DNA of 64,000 bases from an uncultured delta proteobacterium (lineage in GTDB: Bacteria; Myxococcota_A; Polyangia; Fen-1088), in NCBI GenBank assembly GCA_963767925.1, contig CAVYGB010000010.1:1-64000 (forward strand), given 5' to 3'. The notes under the pieces were generated by a model that was not told where the DNA came from, made no database searches, and was given only the letters and a program-made list of their open reading frames with translations. Positions 1-12,377 of the stretch are shown here, piece after piece. Position 1 is the first letter of the stretch. Every line of letters begins with the position of its first letter. Made by a program: the position numbers and the translations under genes.

Positions 1-2
1 TG

Positions 3-77
<75 letters not shown>

Positions 78-114
78 AGAACCCGCGTTGGCCGGGGCCG
101 CAGCGGGGAGGGTG

Positions 115-143
115 GATTTACCTCCCGCGGCGGCGGGTGTCAA
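115..143 (-). promoter_or_regulatory. sigma70-type promoter for tRNA-Asp
   Basis: TTGACA-17 nt-TAAATC on the minus strand, ~38 nt upstream of the tRNA. Confidence 0.65.
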
Positions 144-206
144 CACCGAGACGCGTGAGGAGCTCATCTGCGGTCTCGCGGTCGGGGATCTTCTCGGGGA
201 CCTCGG

Positions 207-1919
207 TCAGGGCGGGGCGGCTGGCGGGGCCCTCCGGGCGGCCGGGGCCTCCCGGGGCGCCGGTACCGGGGCGCGCCTGTGACGCGGGGTAGCCGGGGGC
301 GGTGGTCTCCCGGGCGGCCGGGTTGCGACCGGCCCCACCGGGGTAGCCGGCCCCGGATCCGACTCCGGCCCCGCTGGGTAGCCGGCCCCAGCGCCACCAC
401 GGGCCCCACCCGCGGCGGTGGGGCGGCTGGCGCTGCCGCCATTGCGCGCGTCGGCCTCCTCGCGGATCCCCGCGCCCTCGTCAGCCGACGAGAACACCAC
501 TTCACCCGCGCTGGCCTCGTCGTGGCTGGCGCCCTGGCGTTCGCCCTCGGTGGCCTGCAGCTCGCGCTCGAGCACCTCGAACCGGTAGACCATCTCGCCG
601 TTTTCGGCCACGTCGACCTCGCCGCCGGCGGCGCGGACGGCGTCGCGGAGCTCGGTCTCGGTGGGGGGTTTGTCGCCGGAGGCGGCGACCCAGGCGCGGG
701 ACAGCTCCTCGGTGGTCAGGTCGATGCGGCCGCGGCGGCCGGTGAGGACGACGCGGAGGACGCCGCGCCAGCCGTTTTCCTGGGCGACCTTCTTGCGGGC
801 AGCCGGGCGGCGGAGGGAGCGGATGAGGGGGAGGATGAACAAGGCGGCGGAGAAGGCGAAGGGGATGGCGCCGAGGACCAGGGGGGTGCCGTCGGCGACG
901 GGGATGGCCTGGGGGAACTTCTCGCCCATCTGGGCGATCATGTGGGTCAGGCGCTCGATGGTGAGGTCGTTGGCCAGGACGTAGCTGCTGGCGGCGAGGT
1001 TGAAGCCGTTGATCAGCATGAACAGGAAGTTGCTGCCTCCCGTGTTGCCGGTCAGAGGGGGCAGGTTCACCCGCGAGCCCCAGACGGGGGCGGGGGCCTG
1101 GGTGGTGCGGTCGGCGGTGGCGGCGGCGGTGGTCCGCAGGTCCTTGAAGCGGTAGACGACTACGCCCTCTTCGCTGGCCTCGATGTCGCCCTGGTAGTCC
1201 ACCACCAGACGCAGGAGCAGGCGTTCGGCCTCCTCCCGGGTCAGGCCGGTGACGCGCATGACGTCGGCGGGGGCGACGCGGCCCTTCTGGCGGCGCAGCT
1301 CGGCCAGGACCTGGCGCTCCTGCTCGAGCGGGTCGGCCTCCACCTTGGCGGGGCCGAAGACGAAGCGGTTCACCTTCTCGTAGAACGGGATCTTGGGCTG
1401 GCGCTGGCGGCGGCCGCCGCCGTGCTGCAGCCAGCTCGGCTCGTGTCGCAGGTACACCGGCGAGAAGGGGTGAAACGTCCAGAACAGGGCTTCGGCGATG
1501 ACCCGCAGGACCATGCCGATGGCCTCGCCGGGACCCTCGTCCCGGTCGCCCTTGGCGGACAGGGCGATCAGCAGGGCCAAGAACGCCAGGGCGTAGCCGA
1601 CCAGCACGACGGAGACCCAGGCTCGCACGATGAAGCGGCCCACTCCCGCCACCACCTTCACCAGACCGCGGCCCAGCCGCCGCAGCAGACGCGTCTCGGG
1701 CGGGCGGACCAGGCCGCCGGGGAACGAATACAGCAACTCGCCCTTGCTGGTGGCGGCCAGGTGGCCGCCGAACTCGGCGGCGAGATAACGCAGGCCTTCC
1801 TCGGCGTCGCGCAGGGGCAAGCCAGCTCGCGCGGCGGCGTCGGCCACGGTCAGCTCCCCGCGCTCGCGGGCCAGGGCTTTTTCCAGGACCTGTGCGGATT
1901 TAGGGGCTTGTGCTCTCAC
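207..1919 (-). CDS. membrane protein with three internal repeats, resembling the uncharacterised At5g03900/cyanobacterial family
   Basis: 570 aa from GTG; LTVADAAARAGL...GELLYSFP, FVFGP, GDIEASEEGVVVYRF, GEVDVAENGEMVYRF; several TM segments; Pro-rich tail. Confidence 0.7.
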   Translation of the reverse strand: MRAQAPKSAQVLEKALARERGELTVADAAARAGLPLRDAEEGLRYLAAEFGGHLAATSKGELLYSFPGGLVRPPETRLLRRLGRGLVKVVAGVGRFIVRAWVSVVLVGYALAFLALLIALSAKGDRDEGPGEAIGMVLRVIAEALFWTFHPFSPVYLRHEPSWLQHGGGRRQRQPKIPFYEKVNRFVFGPAKVEADPLEQERQVLAELRRQKGRVAPADVMRVTGLTREEAERLLLRLVVDYQGDIEASEEGVVVYRFKDLRTTAAATADRTTQAPAPVWGSRVNLPPLTGNTGGSNFLFMLINGFNLAASSYVLANDLTIERLTHMIAQMGEKFPQAIPVADGTPLVLGAIPFAFSAALFILPLIRSLRRPAARKKVAQENGWRGVLRVVLTGRRGRIDLTTEELSRAWVAASGDKPPTETELRDAVRAAGGEVDVAENGEMVYRFEVLERELQATEGERQGASHDEASAGEVVFSSADEGAGIREEADARNGGSASRPTAAGGARGGAGAGYPAGPESDPGPATPVGPVATRPPGRPPPPATPRHRRAPVPAPREAPAARRAPPAAPP

Positions 1920-2023
1920 GGTCGCCTCTAAGCCTATCGGGATCGCAAGAGGACGCCACCCACATTAGCGGACCTGCCGGACCGGGGCCCGCCGGACCCC
2001 CGCCGCGGCCGCCCCGCCCCCGG

Positions 2024-2830
2024 TCACGCGCTGGCCTTGCGCGCTCCGGCGCCGCCTTCACCCGCGCCGCCCTCCCCCTCCTCGACCTCATCCTCATCCC
2101 GCTCCGACGACGCGTCCCCCTCCTCCGCTTCCTCCCCCTCTTGCGCCGCCGCGCTCCTGCGCACGGGAGCCGCGCTCTCCGGCTCCTTCGTCCCCAGCAG
2201 CCAGTCCATCAGCGGAAACGTCACGTTGAAGTTCACGTGGGCCATCCGGTCGAGACGGTGGTGGTGGCGGTGGTGCCGCTGCATCCGCGAAAACAGGCTC
2301 CCGCCCAGCCCCACGCGCTGCAGGAAGGCCGGCGGCATGTGGTAAAGCGCGTGCAGGGTCTCGTAGGTCAGGAAGTACAGCGCCGCGGCGAGGTAAAAGA
2401 TCCCGGCCGCCCCCGGGCCCCGCCACAGGGCGGCGAGCCACCCGACCGGCGAGGCCAGGACGAACAGCCCCAGCATCGTGTACCAGGGCATCATCACCAA
2501 CCCCAGTTCCCGCGTGTCCCCGATAGGCATGCTGTCGTGGAGGAACGCACGGTGGTGAATCAGGGCGTGGTTCTTGTACATGATCCGGGGCGGCATGGGA
2601 CGGTGCATCGGATTCCGGTGCACCATCCACTCGATGCCGTTGGCCACCACGAAGAAGGCTGGCAAGAGCAGCCAGTCCACCGCGCTGGCGCGGCTGGCCA
2701 ACCAGATCGCCATGAAACCGATCCCCGACGCCAGGATGGCGGTACGAAACATGTGGCTACCTGCCGAATACCCTGCAGGCAGCAGCGCGGCCCGCGACTG
2801 GCGGCTGTCCTGTCTGGTTGCTTCCCCCAT
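2024..2830 (-). CDS. fatty acid hydroxylase / sterol desaturase superfamily protein
   Basis: His boxes EWMVHRNPMH, HALIHH, YETLHALYH, HHRHHH and NFNVT..LMDWLLGT; start set at ATG 2830. Confidence 0.85.
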   Translation of the reverse strand: MGEATRQDSRQSRAALLPAGYSAGSHMFRTAILASGIGFMAIWLASRASAVDWLLLPAFFVVANGIEWMVHRNPMHRPMPPRIMYKNHALIHHRAFLHDSMPIGDTRELGLVMMPWYTMLGLFVLASPVGWLAALWRGPGAAGIFYLAAALYFLTYETLHALYHMPPAFLQRVGLGGSLFSRMQRHHRHHHRLDRMAHVNFNVTFPLMDWLLGTKEPESAAPVRRSAAAQEGEEAEEGDASSERDEDEVEEGEGGAGEGGAGARKASA

Positions 2831-2854
2831 GCTTCTCTCTAATATGGCGTAGTT

Positions 2855-3598
2855 TTGACCTCGCTGACAGGCAACGCCCGCCGCTACGGGTACTCGCGCC
2901 GGCACCGGCTGCTCGAGACTCTGGGGATACTCCTGTACCTGGGGACGCTCGGCTATCTGCTGGCCCGCATCTCGCTCACGGTGAAGGGCCCTGACTGGTG
3001 GATGGTGGGTCTATGTGCGGGCGTGGGGTTGGTGCTCGCCGACTTCGTGTCCGGCCTCGTGCACTGGGCTGGCGACACCATCGGAGATGTCGACATGCCG
3101 GTGTTCGGCAAGCACTTCATCAAGCCGTTCCGGGAGCACCACGTCGACGCCAAGGCCATCACCCGACACGACTTCGTCGAGACCAACGGCAACAACTGCA
3201 TCGCCTCGCTGCCCATGGTCGGATCGGTGGCGCCCATCCTGCCGTCCGAGTCGGGGGTGGGCTTCTATTGCTGCACGGTGGTGGTCTTCACCTCGGGCTT
3301 TCTCATCCTCGCCAACCAGTTCCACAAGTGGGCGCACGCCGATCAGCCGCCCCGCTTCGCCCGCTTCCTGCAGCGCTGGCACCTCATCCTCCCGCCCACC
3401 CACCACGACGTGCACCATGCGACGCCGCACGACAAGTACTACTGCATCACCGTCGGCTGGCTGAATCCGGTGCTGAGCTGGACCCGCTTCTTCCGGGTGC
3501 TCGAATGGATGGTGGCCATCGTCCGGCCCAAGCTGCTCCACCTCACGGAGCGGACCGAGTCGGTGCCGGCCGCTCACTCGCCGACCTTGCCCGGCTGA
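2855..3598 (+). CDS. carF: CarF / TMEM189 plasmanylethanolamine desaturase (plasmalogen synthesis)
   Basis: DFVSGLVHWAGDT, FREHH, HDFVETNGNNC, NQFHKWAH, HHDVHH, YYCITVGWLN motifs; TTG start. Confidence 0.9.
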   Translation: MTSLTGNARRYGYSRRHRLLETLGILLYLGTLGYLLARISLTVKGPDWWMVGLCAGVGLVLADFVSGLVHWAGDTIGDVDMPVFGKHFIKPFREHHVDAKAITRHDFVETNGNNCIASLPMVGSVAPILPSESGVGFYCCTVVVFTSGFLILANQFHKWAHADQPPRFARFLQRWHLILPPTHHDVHHATPHDKYYCITVGWLNPVLSWTRFFRVLEWMVAIVRPKLLHLTERTESVPAAHSPTLPG

Positions 3599-3633
3599 TC
3601 CAGCCGGCTGCTCATCAGGGAGGAGGGACGGAC

Positions 3634-4119
3634 ATGCCCTCGTTCGACGTCGTCTCGAAGGTCGATCTCCAGGAGATCGACAACGCCATCAACACGGCGC
3701 AAAAAGAGCTCGCCCAGCGCTACGACTTCCGGGGCACCAGCACCACGCTCGAGCGCCAGCCCGAGGGGATCATCCTGCGCACCAGCGACGAGCCCCACGC
3801 CACCTCGGCGCTTTCAGTCCTGCGCGAGCGCATGGCCAAGCGCAACGTGTCGCAACGTTGCCTCGACATCGGGGACCCCGAGGCGGCCGCCGGCCGGACG
3901 GTCCGGATCCTCGTCAAGATCAAGCAGGGCATCGAGACCGAGACCGGCAAGAAGATCACGAAGGCCATCAAAGACAGCAAGCTGAAGCTTCAGGCCTCCA
4001 TCCAGGGTGACGAAGTACGGGTGGCGGGGAAGAACAAAGATGACCTTCAGGCTGGGATCGCGCTGCTTCGGCGCGAGGACTTCGGGATCGACTTGCAGTT
4101 CATCAATTTCCGGGACTGA
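3634..4119 (+). CDS. yajQ: YajQ family nucleotide/c-di-GMP-binding protein
   Basis: MPSFDVVSKVDLQEIDNA...RYDFRG...IQGDEVRVAGK..DDLQ...QFINFRD; GGAGG SD upstream. Confidence 0.95.
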   Translation: MPSFDVVSKVDLQEIDNAINTAQKELAQRYDFRGTSTTLERQPEGIILRTSDEPHATSALSVLRERMAKRNVSQRCLDIGDPEAAAGRTVRILVKIKQGIETETGKKITKAIKDSKLKLQASIQGDEVRVAGKNKDDLQAGIALLRREDFGIDLQFINFRD

Positions 4120-4120
4120 T

Positions 4121-4858
4121 CGGAGGACCGGCCAGCGCGCGCTGCTGGCCGCCGGTCTGGCGCTGCTGACCGCCGGCTGCGGGGTCGCCGTGAAGCGCGA
4201 CCTCTCCGAGGTCCCGCCCAGCGAGGTTGTGTTCGACGACCTGTGTGGCTTGCAGGAGTACTTCGACGCCCTCAAGGACGAGTCGCTGGCGCCGCCCACC
4301 GAGACCTTCGCCAACGACATCGGCGACGAGAAGTCGGCGGCCCGGGGCGGGCGCAAGCGCTTCCGCTTCGAGAACGACTTCCAGCTTCACTACCTGCGCC
4401 GCCTGCTCGACAGCAACTGGAAGGCGGTGCCGATGGAGGTGGCCAAGGCTTCGATCGTCGAGGTCGAGGTGGCCTGGTCCCAGAAGGCCGGGGTGGCCCG
4501 GGTGGCCACCACCGAGGAGGCGTTCCTCACCGTCGGCCCCAAGACCTGGGCGCTGCCCTACCACGTCTGCCTGTCGGACTTCCTCTTCGGCGAGACGCTC
4601 TACGACACGCGGCGGGCGATGTTGCAGCTCCCCGGCCCCGACCGCAACCGCTTCTCCAGCAACCAGCGGGTGCTCGGCCGCATCCCCGTGCAGCACGTCC
4701 CGACCCCCGCGGGGCCAGCGGGGGCGCCCGAGCCGATGGCCCTGCCCATCCCCACCTCATCCGGCACGTCCGAGGAAGCCGACCGCTCCGACACCAGCTC
4801 CGGGCCCGCCGCCCCGGCGCCCGCCAGGCCGGCGAGCGGCGACTCGAACGACGACTGA
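4121..4858 (+). CDS. hypothetical lipoprotein (start codon uncertain)
   Basis: Signal peptide RRTGQRALLAAGLALLTAG-C; coding-like GC3; no in-frame start just upstream. Confidence 0.6.
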   Translation, partial: RRTGQRALLAAGLALLTAGCGVAVKRDLSEVPPSEVVFDDLCGLQEYFDALKDESLAPPTETFANDIGDEKSAARGGRKRFRFENDFQLHYLRRLLDSNWKAVPMEVAKASIVEVEVAWSQKAGVARVATTEEAFLTVGPKTWALPYHVCLSDFLFGETLYDTRRAMLQLPGPDRNRFSSNQRVLGRIPVQHVPTPAGPAGAPEPMALPIPTSSGTSEEADRSDTSSGPAAPAPARPASGDSNDD

Positions 4859-4879
4859 CCCGCCCGCCCCGTCCCGGTT

Positions 4880-4907
4880 TTGACCGGCCCCCGATCGACG
4901 TTATGGT
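4880..4907 (+). promoter_or_regulatory. sigma70-type promoter, probably leaderless
   Basis: TTGACC-16 nt-TATGGT with ATG 6 nt downstream and no SD. Confidence 0.5.
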
Positions 4908-4913
4908 CGGGGC

Positions 4914-6230
4914 ATGATCATCCGCCGGCTCTCCGCCGTGCGGCCGGAGGAAGCGCGGGGGGTCGCCTGGTCCTTCCTCTATTTCTTCTTCCTGCTGTGT
5001 AGCTATTACCTGCTGCGCCCGCTGCGTGAGGCGCGCGGGATCGGCGTCGGCGTCCAGTACCTGCCGCTGCTCTACGGCGCCACCTTCACCCTGATGCTGG
5101 TGGTGGCGCCGTCCTGGGCGGCCCTGGTCTCGCGGATATCGCTGCGGCGGCTGCTGCCGTTGGCTCACCGGTTCTTCGCCCTCAACCTGCTGATCTTTTA
5201 CCTGCTGTCGCGGGCCTACCCGGAGCACTGGCTGGTCTCGGCGGCCTTCTACGTGTGGCTCAGCGTCTTCAACCTGACCGTCGTGGCGGTGTTCTGGAGC
5301 TTCATGGCCGACGTCTGGCGCACCGACCAGGGCAAGCGCCTGTTCGGGCTGATCACGGTCGGCGGCAGCGTCGGCGCCGTGGTGGGACCGGCCCTCACCT
5401 CCTCGGTGGTGGGCCTGCTTGGCCCCGCGCACCTGCTCCTGCTGTCCGCTGTGCTGCTCGAAGCGGCCACCCTGGCGCTGCTGCGGGTGGCGGCCTGGCA
5501 CCGGCGGCTACCCCCGGCCGAGCCCGCCGCCGCCGAGGCCGCGCCGCCGGCCCCGGCCGATGTCGACGCGCCGGTGGGGGGCGGCGTCTGGTCGGGGTTG
5601 CGGCCGATCGTCCGCTCGCCGTTCCTGGCCGCCGCGGCTGGCTTCATGTTGCTGTCGACGTTCAGCGGGACCTTCAACTATTACCTGCAGGCCCGGCTGG
5701 CGGCCGCCACCGGCGGCGGCCAGGTGGCGCTAACCCAGCTCTTCGCCCGGCTCGACCTGGCTACGAACCTGGTGACCGGCGCCCTGCAGGGGCTGCTCGC
5801 CGGACGGCTGCTGACCCGCTGGGGCGTCACGCCGGGCCTGATCCTGCTCCCCCTGGTCTCGGCGCTGGGGTTCTCCACGGCCACGTTCGTGCCCACCGTG
5901 GCGACGGTCGGGGCCATGTCGGTGATGCGGCGGGCGACCTCCTACGGCCTCGCCATCCCGGCTTACGGCGTGCTGTTCACCGGGGTCAGCCGGGAGGAAA
6001 AGTACAAGGTCCGCCCCTTCATCGACCTGGTCGTGTACCGGGGCGGCGACCTGGCGGGCGGCCTCGTCTTCACCCTGCTCATCGCGCTCGGCGCCGGGCT
6101 GGCCGGGACGGCCGCCTTCGGGGCGGCGGTGGCCCTGCCCTGGCTGCTGCTGGCTCGATATCTGGGCCGAAAACACCGGCAGATCGTCCCCTGGCCGGCC
6201 CGGCCTACCCCGGCGGCGGTGGTAGACTGA
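4914..6230 (+). CDS. MFS transporter, NTP/NDP exchange (AAA/TLC-like) family
   Basis: ~12 TM segments; [50 protein letters not shown]. Confidence 0.8.
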   Translation: MIIRRLSAVRPEEARGVAWSFLYFFFLLCSYYLLRPLREARGIGVGVQYLPLLYGATFTLMLVVAPSWAALVSRISLRRLLPLAHRFFALNLLIFYLLSRAYPEHWLVSAAFYVWLSVFNLTVVAVFWSFMADVWRTDQGKRLFGLITVGGSVGAVVGPALTSSVVGLLGPAHLLLLSAVLLEAATLALLRVAAWHRRLPPAEPAAAEAAPPAPADVDAPVGGGVWSGLRPIVRSPFLAAAAGFMLLSTFSGTFNYYLQARLAAATGGGQVALTQLFARLDLATNLVTGALQGLLAGRLLTRWGVTPGLILLPLVSALGFSTATFVPTVATVGAMSVMRRATSYGLAIPAYGVLFTGVSREEKYKVRPFIDLVVYRGGDLAGGLVFTLLIALGAGLAGTAAFGAAVALPWLLLARYLGRKHRQIVPWPARPTPAAVVD

Positions 6231-6238
6231 ACGGTTCC

Positions 6239-8761
<2,523 letters not shown>

Positions 8762-8779
8762 TTGGTGACCTCGCCGCCC

Positions 8780-9364
8780 ATGTCTACGGGAGCGTTTCCG
8801 CCGCGTTACGATGAGTTGCTAGCCCTGCCTGACGACGTGATCGGCGAGATCATGGAGGGCGAGCTGGTGGTCACCCCGCGCCCCGCGCACCTGGCCACCT
8901 CGACCACGCTCGCGCTCGGCGCCGAGCTCAGCAAGGCCACCGCCGAGTCGGCAGGCCGCCACGGCTGGTGGATCTTCGACGACGCCAAGCTGCGCCTGGG
9001 CAGCAACCTCCTGGTGCCCGACCTGGCAGGCTGGCGCCGGCAGCGGATGCCGAAGAAGTCCGACAAGAAGTTCTTCGATCTCGCGCCCGACTGGGCCTGC
9101 GAGGTGCTGTCTCCCTCCACGGCGGTCATCGACCGCACGCGCAAGGTGCGCCTCTACGCCAGCCTCGGGCTGTGCTGGCTGTGGGTGGTCGACCCGCCCC
9201 ACCGCACGGTGGAAGTGTTGTGGCTGGAGGGCGACGAGTGGGTGGTGGTCGGCGCCTTCGGCGGCGACACCAAGGCCCACATCGCCCCCTTCGACAGCAT
9301 CGAGATCCAGCTCTCGTCGCTGTGGCGCGCGTCCGAACAGGCGCTCTCGCCCGCGGCGCCCTGA
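8780..9364 (+). CDS. Uma2 family (PD-(D/E)XK) endonuclease-like protein
   Basis: GEIMEGELVVTPRP, VPDLAGW, PDWACEVLSPST..IDR..K..LY, WVVDP. Confidence 0.88.
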   Translation: MSTGAFPPRYDELLALPDDVIGEIMEGELVVTPRPAHLATSTTLALGAELSKATAESAGRHGWWIFDDAKLRLGSNLLVPDLAGWRRQRMPKKSDKKFFDLAPDWACEVLSPSTAVIDRTRKVRLYASLGLCWLWVVDPPHRTVEVLWLEGDEWVVVGAFGGDTKAHIAPFDSIEIQLSSLWRASEQALSPAAP

Positions 9365-9374
9365 GCGCCGGCGA

Positions 9375-10659
9375 TCAGGGCGGCGGGCGCAGGCCCTCGA
9401 GCTTGCGGTAGCGGTCGCGCAGCTCGGTCTGCCGGGAGCGCAAGGGGATCTCCCGGCCGGCGATGAACACCCGGCGCGGGCGGGTGAGCGGCTCGAAGGG
9501 ATCGCCCGACCAGAGGACGAGATCGGCGCTGGCGCCCACCGCCAGCGAGCCGGCCTGGCGCCCGAGGTCGAAGATCTCGGCCGGCGCGCGGGTGACCGCG
9601 CCGAGGGCCACCTCCCAGGGCAGGCCGTTGGCCACGGCGTTGCCCGCCTCCAGCCGCAGCGTCCGCCCGAAGTGGTCGGCGCGCGAGCGCGGCGACAGGG
9701 CGATCTTCACCCCCGCCGCCGCCAGCAGCGCGGGGTTGTCCAGGCGCGCCCCGAGCGCCTCGAACGAGCGCGGCAGGTTGGGCAGCGCGCTCACGATCAC
9801 CGGCACCTTGGCGGCGGCGATCTCGGCGGCCACCTGCCAGCCCTCCTCGCAGCCGGTGAGCACGAGGTCGATCCGCTCCTCGCGGGCCAGCCGCAACATC
9901 GCCTCGATGTCGGAGGCGCGATGGACCTCGACGACAAGGGGCAGCCGCCGCTCGACAACCGGGATCAGCGCCTCCAGGTCCAGCCGGCTGGCCGCCACCT
10001 TGCGCATCTGGTTCCGCTCGAAGTCGGCGCGCCGGCGGGCGTACTGGCGGACGTCGTCGAACAGCTCGCGCAGGCGCAGCGTCCAGCCCCCGCGCGCGCC
10101 GTAGGCGGCGGCCCGCCCCGGCTCGGCCACGTTGGCGTACACCCCCACCGGCGCGCGGATCGCCATGGCCGGGACGTTGGCCCCGTCCAGCCGCACCGCC
10201 GCCCCCTGCCCCTCGATCAGCCCACCCAGCGGGCGCGAGCACCACGCTGGTGACCCCTTCTATACGGGTCACCGGGATGGTCACCGCCCGCGGGTTGAGG
10301 CCGTCGAGCACGGAGAAGGCCGCCCGCACGACGTCGTACTTCTCGTCGAGGCCGACCTCCACCGACGAGCGCTCGAGGAACACGTCGGCCAGCCCGGCCG
10401 ACGACTCGGCGTCGACCAGCCCGGGGGTCAGCCAGAAGCTTCGGCCGTCGATCCGCCGGGCCTCCGGCGGCACGGTGACGGTGGCGGCCGGCCCGATCGC
10501 GGCGACGGTGGCGCCGCGCAGGACCACGGTCGTGTCGTCCAGCCGCCGGCCATCGCCGGGGTGAACCCGGGCGTGCTCGATGGCCACCACCTCGTCGGCC
10601 GCCCGGGCCGCCGCCGGCCCGGCCAGCAGCGCCAGCACCACCAGGCTGCCCCGCCTCAT
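9375..10659 (-). CDS. secreted amidohydrolase-family protein lacking the HxH motif; one apparent frameshift near 10225
   Basis: Signal peptide MRRGSLVVLALLAG; TPGLVDAESS; C-terminal GSLAVGASADLVLWSGDPF; ATGA overlap with upstream gene. Confidence 0.8.
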
Positions 10660-12062
10660 CGCGGCTCCGTCCCGGGCGCCGAGGGGGTGCCCAGCTCGAA
10701 GTCGGTGGGGCGCAGCCCCCGCTCCCGGTCGAAGGCGAGATCGCCGTCGACGAACACCTTCTCGGCCCGGGCGTAGACCGACAGGGGCATGTGCGACCAC
10801 ACGACGACGTCGGCCATCTTGCCGGCCTCCAGCGTGCCCGTCCGGGCCTCGACCCCCAGCACCCAGGCCGGGTTGGCGGTGATCCAGCGGAGGGCGTCCT
10901 GCTCGCCCATCGTGAGCCCCAGCTCCCTCCCGGCGGCCAGCCCCTGGGCGGCGGCCTGGTTGAGGTGCTGGATGCCGATCGCCGAGTCGGAGTGGACGAC
11001 CGAGCGGGCCCCGGCCGCGTGCACCAGGGCCAGGTTCTCGGGGATGCCGTCGAAGGCCTCCAGCTTGAACCCCCACCAGTCGGACCAGGTGGCGGCGCCC
11101 ACCCCCTGGCGGGCCAGCACGTCCGCGATCTTGTAGGCCTCCAGGGCGTGGTGAAACGCCCGGATGCGGAAGCCGAATTCCCGGGCCAGGTCGAGCATCA
11201 GCAACATCTCGTCGGCCCGGTAGCAGTGGTTCTGGACCAGGATGCGGCCGGCCAGCACCTCGGCCAGGGTCTCGAGCTCGAGATCGCGCGGCGGCGGCGG
11301 CTCGCCCTTGGGCTGGGCCTTCTTGCGCCAGGTGTCCCACTTGCGCTCGTAGTCCGCCGCCTGCACGAAGGCAGTCCGCATCTGGGCGACGTTGCCCATG
11401 CGGGTCGAGGGGCCCGCCTTCTTGCCGTACACCCGCTTGGGGTTCTCGCCGCAGGCCATCTTCAGGACGTAAGGCGCGCCCGGGAACCGGAGCACCGCCG
11501 CCGAGCGCCCCGGCCGGTTCTTGACCGAAAAACCGCGCCCACCGATCAGGTTCGCGGATCCCGGCAGGATCAACATCGAGGTGACCCCGCCGGCCAGGGC
11601 CCGCGGCAAGCCCGGGTCCTGGGGCCAGAAGCTGTGCTCGGCGTTGACCTCCGCGGTGACCGGGCTTGTCGCCTCGTTGCCGTCCGAGTGGGCGTCCACC
11701 CCCGGGCTGGCGTACACGCCGAGGTGCGAGTGGGCATCGATCAGCCCCGGCGTCACCCAGCGCCCGCTGACGTCGACGGTGGCCACCCCCGCCGGGATCG
11801 GCGTCGAGGCGTCGCCGACCGCCACGATCTTTCCCTCGCGCAGCACCACCACCCCGCGCTCGTGCACCGTCCCCTGGCCGTCCGCCGTCCAGACCGTCCC
11901 CCCCACCAGGGCCATCGGCGGCGCCGGCGGGGCCGCCGCGACCGGAGGAGCCGCCGCGGTGGCGGGTGGCGGCGGGACCTTTGCTGCGCAGGACAACGCC
12001 GCGAGCGCGACCGCGACCGGCAGGAGGAGGAGGCGGATCACGGGCGGTACGGCTATCGCCAT
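10656..12062 (-). CDS. amidohydrolase family lipoprotein
   Basis: ALS-C lipobox; TPGLIDAHSHLG, KMACGENPKRVYG, HCYRADE, FHHA, HSDS, GTLEAGKMADVVVW. Confidence 0.9.
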   Translation of the reverse strand: MAIAVPPVIRLLLLPVAVALAALSCAAKVPPPPATAAAPPVAAAPPAPPMALVGGTVWTADGQGTVHERGVVVLREGKIVAVGDASTPIPAGVATVDVSGRWVTPGLIDAHSHLGVYASPGVDAHSDGNEATSPVTAEVNAEHSFWPQDPGLPRALAGGVTSMLILPGSANLIGGRGFSVKNRPGRSAAVLRFPGAPYVLKMACGENPKRVYGKKAGPSTRMGNVAQMRTAFVQAADYERKWDTWRKKAQPKGEPPPPRDLELETLAEVLAGRILVQNHCYRADEMLLMLDLAREFGFRIRAFHHALEAYKIADVLARQGVGAATWSDWWGFKLEAFDGIPENLALVHAAGARSVVHSDSAIGIQHLNQAAAQGLAAGRELGLTMGEQDALRWITANPAWVLGVEARTGTLEAGKMADVVVWSHMPLSVYARAEKVFVDGDLAFDRERGLRPTDFELGTPSAPGTEPR

Positions 12063-12069
12063 GCTTGCG

Positions 12070-12141
<72 letters not shown>

Positions 12142-12149
12142 GAGCGCCC

Positions 12150-12179
12150 TGTATGCCGCGCGTGGCCGGTCCGAGTCAA
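12150..12179 (-). promoter_or_regulatory. sigma70-type promoter for tRNA-Thr
   Basis: TTGACT-18 nt-CATACA just upstream of the tRNA 5' end. Confidence 0.5.
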
Positions 12180-12377
12180 GGCGAGTCGGGGGAAAGCGGA
12201 GTGCCACCCGCCTCCATCCCGGCGAAATCACGTGAAAGCTCGGGGCCGGTCCCCCCTGGCTCGCGCCACCAGGCCCCGATCGCACGCGGCCCCCGAAAAC
12301 CGGGCCGCTGAAGAACTTGGCCGCTACCGGGAGGTAAGTTACGATGCAGCGGCCCGTGTCGGGTCGACCCTGACGCA

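Noticed and set aside
5255..6238. N-terminal extension of the 1028-aa leuS ORF
   Set aside because: Off-frame overlap with the transporter gene; LeuRS similarity starts at ATG 6239
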